From NCBI GenBank assembly GCA_951406725.2, contig OX597842.1, forward strand, positions 6,200,001 through 6,264,000: a stretch of DNA of 64,000 bases, in the 5' to 3' direction. The DNA comes from Octopus vulgaris. Taxonomy: Eukaryota. The notes under the pieces are model-generated. The model saw only the letters and a list, made by a program, of their open reading frames with translations. It had not been told where the DNA came from and made no database searches. How positions within the stretch are numbered: the first letter of the stretch is position 1; each line of letters starts with the position of its first letter. Both the position numbers and the translations under genes were made by a program. This document shows positions 58,449 to 64,000 of the stretch, in pieces.

Positions 58449-59118
58449 TGCCAGGACTTATTCCTTGTAAGTCTAGTACTTATTCTGTCGGTCACTTTTG
58501 CCGAACCGCTAAGTTGCGGGGACGTAAACACACCAACATCAGTTGTCAAGCGAGGGGGGGGGACACACATACTTACATACATACATACATACATACATAC
58601 ATGTGTGTGTGTATGTGTGTGTGTGTGTGTGTGGAGGCGCAATGGCCCAGTGGTTAGGGCAACGGACTCGCGGTCAGAGGATCGCGGTTTCGATTCCCAG
58701 ACCGGGTGTTGTGAGTGTTTATTGAGCGAAAACACCTAAAAGCTCTACGAGGCTCCGGCAGGGGGGTGGCGATCCCTGCTGTACTCTTTCGCCACAACTT
58801 TCTCTCACTCTTTCTTCTGTTGGCCTGCTCGCTTAGCCAACGGGGTGGCGTCATTTGAAGACTAAAACAATGCGAAGCGCATTGTGACCAGCGATGTGTA
58901 GCAGCATCTGATAGCATGGCCGGTCACGGTAATCACGGTGATATATATATATACATACATATGACGGGCTTCTTTCAGTTTCCGTCTACCAAATTCACTC
59001 ACAGAGTTTTAGTCGGCCCGAGGCTATAGCAGATGACACTTGCCCAAGGTGCCTCACAGTAGGACTGAAACCGGAACTATGTGGTTGGGAAGCAAGCTTC
59101 TTACCACACAGCCACGCC
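58449..59118 (-). mobile_element. SINE family A split by a family C insertion in its internal microsatellite
   Basis: 3' half 58449-58570, head 58962-59118. Confidence 0.85.
58633..58942 (+). mobile_element. SINE family C (tRNA-derived head)
   Basis: ggaggcgcaatggcccagtggttaggg..ggtttcgattcc A/B boxes. Confidence 0.9.
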
Positions 59119-59203
59119 TATCGTCGGTAAATCATAAATCCGAAAAAGACACACACTCTAAGTTACAGAGCAGTATAGTATAAAGCTAGATAAGGCCGGT
59201 CTA

Positions 59204-59266
59204 TGGGAATACCCTGGGTTTCACGTCCATAGAGCTCTTGGCTTTACAGCGTATCATCAGACCCCA
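59204..59266 (-). ncRNA. Hammerhead motif with canonical core, downstream of a Penelope ORF end
   Basis: UGGGGU CUGAUGA uACG..CGU GAAA CC cag GG UA^ UUCCCA. Confidence 0.65.
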
Positions 59267-59341
59267 AAACCTGTTCGCACATGGCCTTTGTAGCAAGTGG
59301 CCTTTCGAGAAAATGGAAGAGTAAAAGACTTCGTTATGCTG

Positions 59342-59660
59342 TCAACAACGGCGGATTGTCTCCATTTGGCTGTTATTCGTAATCGACTCTTTTATGGTGT
59401 GGGTCCCAAGCAGGAATTTCCTGAAGTACAAACAGTGCCTGAAGATTTCCATTCTGGAGTTAAGGATGTTCATCAGGTCGAAGGAGGCTTTTAATATCCT
59501 TGCTCGTTCGGCTATGCACAGTTTACAAAGTTTGGTCCCGTTATGTAAGGGCCTAGATTTTCTAAGATTCTCCATGATATTACGTGTGGAATTTTTTCGT
59601 CCTTCAAGCCACCATACATGGCTGGCTAATGATGTAGCATATCTCTTTTTCCGGTATCCT
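59342..59660 (-). pseudogene. Penelope-like GIY-YIG C-terminal region
   Basis: TSLASHVWWL..NGTKLCKLCIAERARIL..LNSRMEIFRHC..KFLL matches the PLE CxLC..E..I..LN.R.E...C motif. Confidence 0.7.
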
Positions 59661-59924
59661 GAAAGAGGGTCGGTGGTTGGAGAGGCGTTGCTTAAACGTG
59701 TTACCGGAGCATCCAATGTATTTCCGTGTGCGGGTGTTGGCGATGTTTTATCTGCTGGTGTTGACGTTGCTATTGGTACTGGTGCAGTTGGTGTTGGTGG
59801 TGTTGCCACTGGCACAGGGGACATCAACGGCGATGGCGCTTTTGTTGATGTTGTGGTCATCGTCGCTGGTATTGTTGGAGCTGTTGTCGGCGCTAACATG
59901 GTGGGTGGTGCTGTCACTGACGAT

Positions 59925-60180
59925 GATTGTACCCCTACTTTGCACACAAAATTTATCCCTGAAGTCATTACGTGCCCTCGTCTTTCTGGCTGTGCCTTAA
60001 AACAAGGTTTGTATATCGTTATAAACCCCTGATCTATCCCTACTTTTCTTAGTAACCACCAGATTAGAGCGCGAGGAGCCCTGTCAAAATCTTTCTCCGG
60101 GCTGACGAATGCAAAATATAGCTGCCTCTTTTAGCTAAATACTTCTCCTACTGTTGTCACACTAGTAAGATGGTATTGAA
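59925..60180 (-). pseudogene. RTE reverse transcriptase fragment
   Basis: QLYFAFVSPEKDFDRAPRALIWWLLRKVG resembles FVDLEKAFDRVPR..IWW.LRK.G. Confidence 0.7.
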
Positions 60181-60221
60181 GATTTTCCTCTTTTTTTTTC
60201 ATCCCCAAAACAACTTTACCT

Positions 60222-60386
60222 GGAGTGGCTGTGTGGTAAGTACCTTGCTTACCAGCCACATGGTTCCGGGTTCATTCCCACTGCGTGGTACCTCGGGCAA
60301 GCATCTTCTATTATAGCCTAGGGCCGACCAAAGCCTTGTGAGTGGATTTGGTAGGCGGAAACTGAAAGAAGCCCGTCGTATATATG

Positions 60387-60418
<32 letters not shown>

Positions 60419-60668
60419 TGTATGTATGTATGTATGTATTATTATGTATGTGTGTGTGTTTGCGTGTCTGTGTTTGTACCCACCCCAACATCGCTTGACA
60501 ACCGATGCTGGTGTGTTTACGTCGCCGTAACTTAGCGGTTCGGCAAAAGAGACCAACAGAATAAGTATTAGGCTTCTAAAGAATAAGTCCTGGGGGTCGA
60601 TTTGCTCGACTAAAGGCGGTGCTCCAGCATGGCCGCAGCCAAAATGACTGAAACAAGTAAAAGAGTAA
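60222..60668 (+). mobile_element. Full-length SINE family A
   Basis: Full match with internal (TATG)n. Confidence 0.93.
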
Positions 60669-60982
60669 GTTCAATAAGATGCCCTGCACTGAATTGTCTA
60701 TGCGCTGGATTATCTAGCGCTGAATTGTCGCGTCACGAATCTTCGTCACCCCCACCCCTACCGGCATATGACATCTTGTTTCCTGCTATAATACTATGAA
60801 ACTGAAATAACGAATTCATTCTATGATCAAGCAAGTGTCATGGAATCATAAAGTTGCACATCCCGTTGGATTTTGAATGTTTTAAAATGTTATGGTTCGT
60901 GTGTCCACCTGAATAAAAATTCGTTGGAAACAGCTGTAGTAAATCGACATATTCTCCATCTGTTGTTATTTATTTATCATTC

Positions 60983-61040
<58 letters not shown>

Positions 61041-61047
61041 ATATATA

Positions 61048-61217
61048 TAGGGAGAGTTTACGAAAAAAAAAAGACGAAGACAGGTGGTGTACAAAACAAA
61101 CGGATGTATTAGTATAACGCACAGGAATAGAAAAGTCTTTTACGTTTCGAGCCTACGCTCCTCTACAGAAAGGGACACAGAAAAAAACTAGGAGAGAAAA
61201 AAATGTGTGTAGTGGCT
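61048..61217 (-). mobile_element. Solo Penelope-like pLTR
   Basis: Matches 44966-45147. Confidence 0.82.
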
Positions 61218-61262
61218 ATATATATATATATACTTTAAAAGCAGCAGAAATGTAACAAAAGG

Positions 61263-61298
61263 TGTTACTCGGAGTTTCACGTTCCCGTTCGTCGGACA
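61263..61298 (-). ncRNA. Minimal hammerhead-like motif, U4C core
   Basis: UGU CCGACGA ACG ggaa CGU GAAA CUCCGAG UA^ ACA. Confidence 0.6.
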
Positions 61299-61944
61299 GT
61301 TTTGAGTACTCCTTTTTTCCACCTTGTTTCACATTTGTGCTTACTCCGGTATATATATATATATATACACACACACATTTAAATGTATACACACATATAT
61401 TCTAAATGATTTATACGGAAGACAGTGTACAGGAAGCTTTATCTACAGGGACACTACAAGGGACATTCCCATTTAAATCTATGCACACACGTATGTATAT
61501 ACATACGTTCATACATACATACATACATACATACATACATACATACATACATACATACATAGCACGTATGCATGCACGCGCGCATACTTACTCACACACA
61601 CACATACAAGCATCAACAATTCTGCCAACAACGTCAACTGTAAGAAAGTCTTCACATTGTCGCCCGACCTGCTAGAAACTGCAGTTAAAGCTCAGCACAT
61701 CGCCACCACCGCCACCACCGCCACCAACAGCAGCAGTAGTGGCACCACCATCGACGCCATCCTACTAAATCAATTTCCGTATTACGTGACAGTCAGTGTC
61801 GACAGCAGAGGGCCAGCGACACCGCCACCACCGCCACCACCAGCAGCGCCCACTTTGTGTGGGCGACATAGAGAAAGGGCTAAAAGCAGCTCCCACCCAA
61901 ATCTGGAAGAGGTGGGGTGTAAATAGCGGACTTTAGTGGCTTCT

Positions 61945-61950
61945 GTGTAG

Positions 61951-61982
<32 letters not shown>

Positions 61983-62390
61983 AAGTGTGTGTGTAAGTGT
62001 GTGCGTGTGTATGTGTAAGTGTGTGTGTGTGTAAGTGTGTGTATATGTGTGTTTGTGTGTGTGTAAGTGTGTGTGTAAATGTGTGTGTATGTGTGCGTGT
62101 GCAAGTGTGTAAGTGTGTGTGTGCGCGCGTTTGTGTGTAAGTGTGTGCGTGCGTGTAAGTGTGTGTGTGTGTAAGTGTGTGTGTGTGTGTGTGCGCGTGT
62201 GCGTGTAAGTGTGGGTGTGTGTGTGCAAGTGTGTTGTGTGTGTGTGTGTGTGTGCAAGTGTGTTTGTGTGTGTGTGTGTGTGCAAGTGTGTGTGTGTGCG
62301 CGCGTGTGTGCGTGTGTGTGCAAGTGTGTGTGTGTCTATGTGTGCGTGTGTGTGTGCGTGTGTGTGTAAGTGTGTAAATGTGTGTGTGTT
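61945..62390. repeat. Imperfect (TG)n with AAG interruptions
   Basis: Directly visible. Confidence 0.95.
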
Positions 62391-62489
62391 TGACTTGACA
62401 CGTGACCACACCACCCTTCCGGAGTGTAAGCGACATAGAGATATGTTCGTAAACAGCGATGTGGATGCATGGATGGACATCAACATTAG

Positions 62490-64000
62490 TGGTGATGCTC
62501 GTGGTGATGGTGGTGGTGGTGATGGTGGTAGTGGCGATAGTGGTGGTGGTGATGATGGTGGTGGTGGTGGTGAATAGTAACGATGGTGATGGTCATGGCG
62601 GTGGTGGTGGTGGTGAAGATGGTAGTGATGGTGGCGGTAGTAGTAGTGGTGGTGGTAGTAGTGGTGATGGTGGTGACGATGATGGTGGTGGTGGAGATGG
62701 TGGTGGTGATGGTGGTGGTGATGGTGGTGGTGATGGTCGTCGTGGTGATGGTGGTCGTGGTGATGGTGGTGGTGGTGGTGGTGATGGTGGTTTTGGTGGT
62801 GGTGGTGATGGTGATGGTGGTGGTGGTGGTGGTGGTGATGGTGATGGTGGTGGTGGTAATGGTGGTGGTAATGATGGTGGTGGTGGTGGTGATGGTGGTG
62901 GTGGTAATGGTGGTGGTGATGGTGGTGGTGGTGATGGTGGTTTTGGTGGTGGTGGTGATGGTGGTGGTGGTGGTGGTGGTGGTGGTGGTGGTGGTGGTGG
63001 TGGTGGTGATGGTGGTGGTGGTGATGGTGGTGGTGATGGCGGTGGTGATGGTGTTGGTGGTGATGGTGATGGTGATGGTGGTGATGGTGGTGGTGGTGAT
63101 GGTGATGGTGGTGGTGATGGTGATGGTGGTGTGGTGATGGTGGTGGTGATGGTGGTGGTGATGGTGGTGGCGATGGTGGTGGTGATGGTGGTGGTGGTAA
63201 AGTGGTGGTGATGGTGGTGGTGGTGATGGTGGTGGTGATGGCGGTGGTGATGGTGATGGTGGTGATGGTGGTTTTGGTGGTGGTGGTGGTGATGGTGATG
63301 GTGGTGGTGATGGTGATGGTGGTGGTGATGGTGGTGGTGATGGTGGTGGTGATGGTGGTGGTGATGGTGGTGGTGATGGTGGTGGTGATGGTGGTGGTGG
63401 TGGTGATGGTGGTGGTGATGGTGGTGGTGATGGTGATGGTGGTGGTGATGGTTATGGTGGTAGTGATGGTGGTGGTGATGGTGGTGGTGATGGTGGTGGT
63501 GATGGTGGTGGTGGTAAAGTGGTGGTGATGGTGGTTTTGGTGGTGGTGGTGATGGTGATGGTGGTGGTGATGGTGATGGTGGTGGTGATGGTGGTGGTGA
63601 TGGTGGTGGTGATGGTGGTGATGGTGGTGGTGGTGATGGTGATGGTGGTGGTGATGGTGGTGGTGATGGTGGTGATGTTGATGGTGGTGATGGTGATGGT
63701 GGTGGTGATGGTGGTGATGGTGATGGTGGTGGTGATGGTTATGGTGGTGGTGATGGTGGTGGTGATGGTGGTGGTGATGGTGGTGGTGATGGTGGTGGTG
63801 ATGGTGGTGGTGGTAAAGTGGTGGTGATGGTAGTGGTGGTGATGGTGGTGGTGATGGTGGTGGTGGTGATGGTTGTGGTGATGGTGGTGGTGATGGTGGT
63901 GGTGGTGATGGTGTGGTGGTGATGGTGGTGGGATGGTGGTGGTGATGGTGGTGGTGGTGAATAGTAACGATGATGATGGTGATGGTGATGGTGGTGGTGA
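62490..64000. repeat. (GGT)/(GAT) trinucleotide array of at least 1.5 kb
   Basis: Directly visible; runs off the window end. Confidence 0.95.

Noticed and set aside
58633-58705. tRNA gene
   Set aside because: It is the head of multi-copy SINE C and continues into SINE body with no terminator.
59342-59968. 208-aa mucin-like/Cys-rich ORF as a novel gene
   Set aside because: Chance fusion of an RTE fragment, low-complexity triplet sequence and a Penelope C-terminus; no splice evidence.
62459-63827. Gly/Asp-rich and Val/Met-rich ORFs resembling structural proteins
   Set aside because: GGT/GAT repeat with frame-breaking indels, no codon diversity and no signal peptide.

Overview
Eukaryotic, AT-rich, microsatellite-dense, repeat-dominated DNA. 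The SINE families and (TA)n/(TG)n/(TATG)n load resemble Octopus/coleoid genomes (inference). No host protein-coding exon or intact RNA gene is supportable; nearly all long ORFs in the track are microsatellite translations. The window is a nest of transposon remains: a Helitron Pif1 helicase remnant plus non-autonomous Helitrons, an L1/Tx1-like element retaining ORF1 but lacking EN/RT (present twice across an N gap, probably an assembly duplication), a near-complete mariner, Gypsy remnants and LTRs, CR1-like and RTE LINE pieces, Penelope-like pieces with about nine hammerhead-like motifs, MULE elements with 9-bp TSDs, and at least three tRNA-derived SINE families. Most notable: (1) a patch of sense-strand A-to-G hypermutation in a CR1-like LINE (about 19040-19480) that looks like ADAR hyper-edited RNA fixed in DNA; (2) two LINE/SINE pairs sharing 3' tails, one pair inserted at the same site in another SINE's head; (3) a set of minimal hammerheads, four with a U4C core; (4) a fold-back element enclosing a Pol III tRNA-like cassette. 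All alignments were made by eye.
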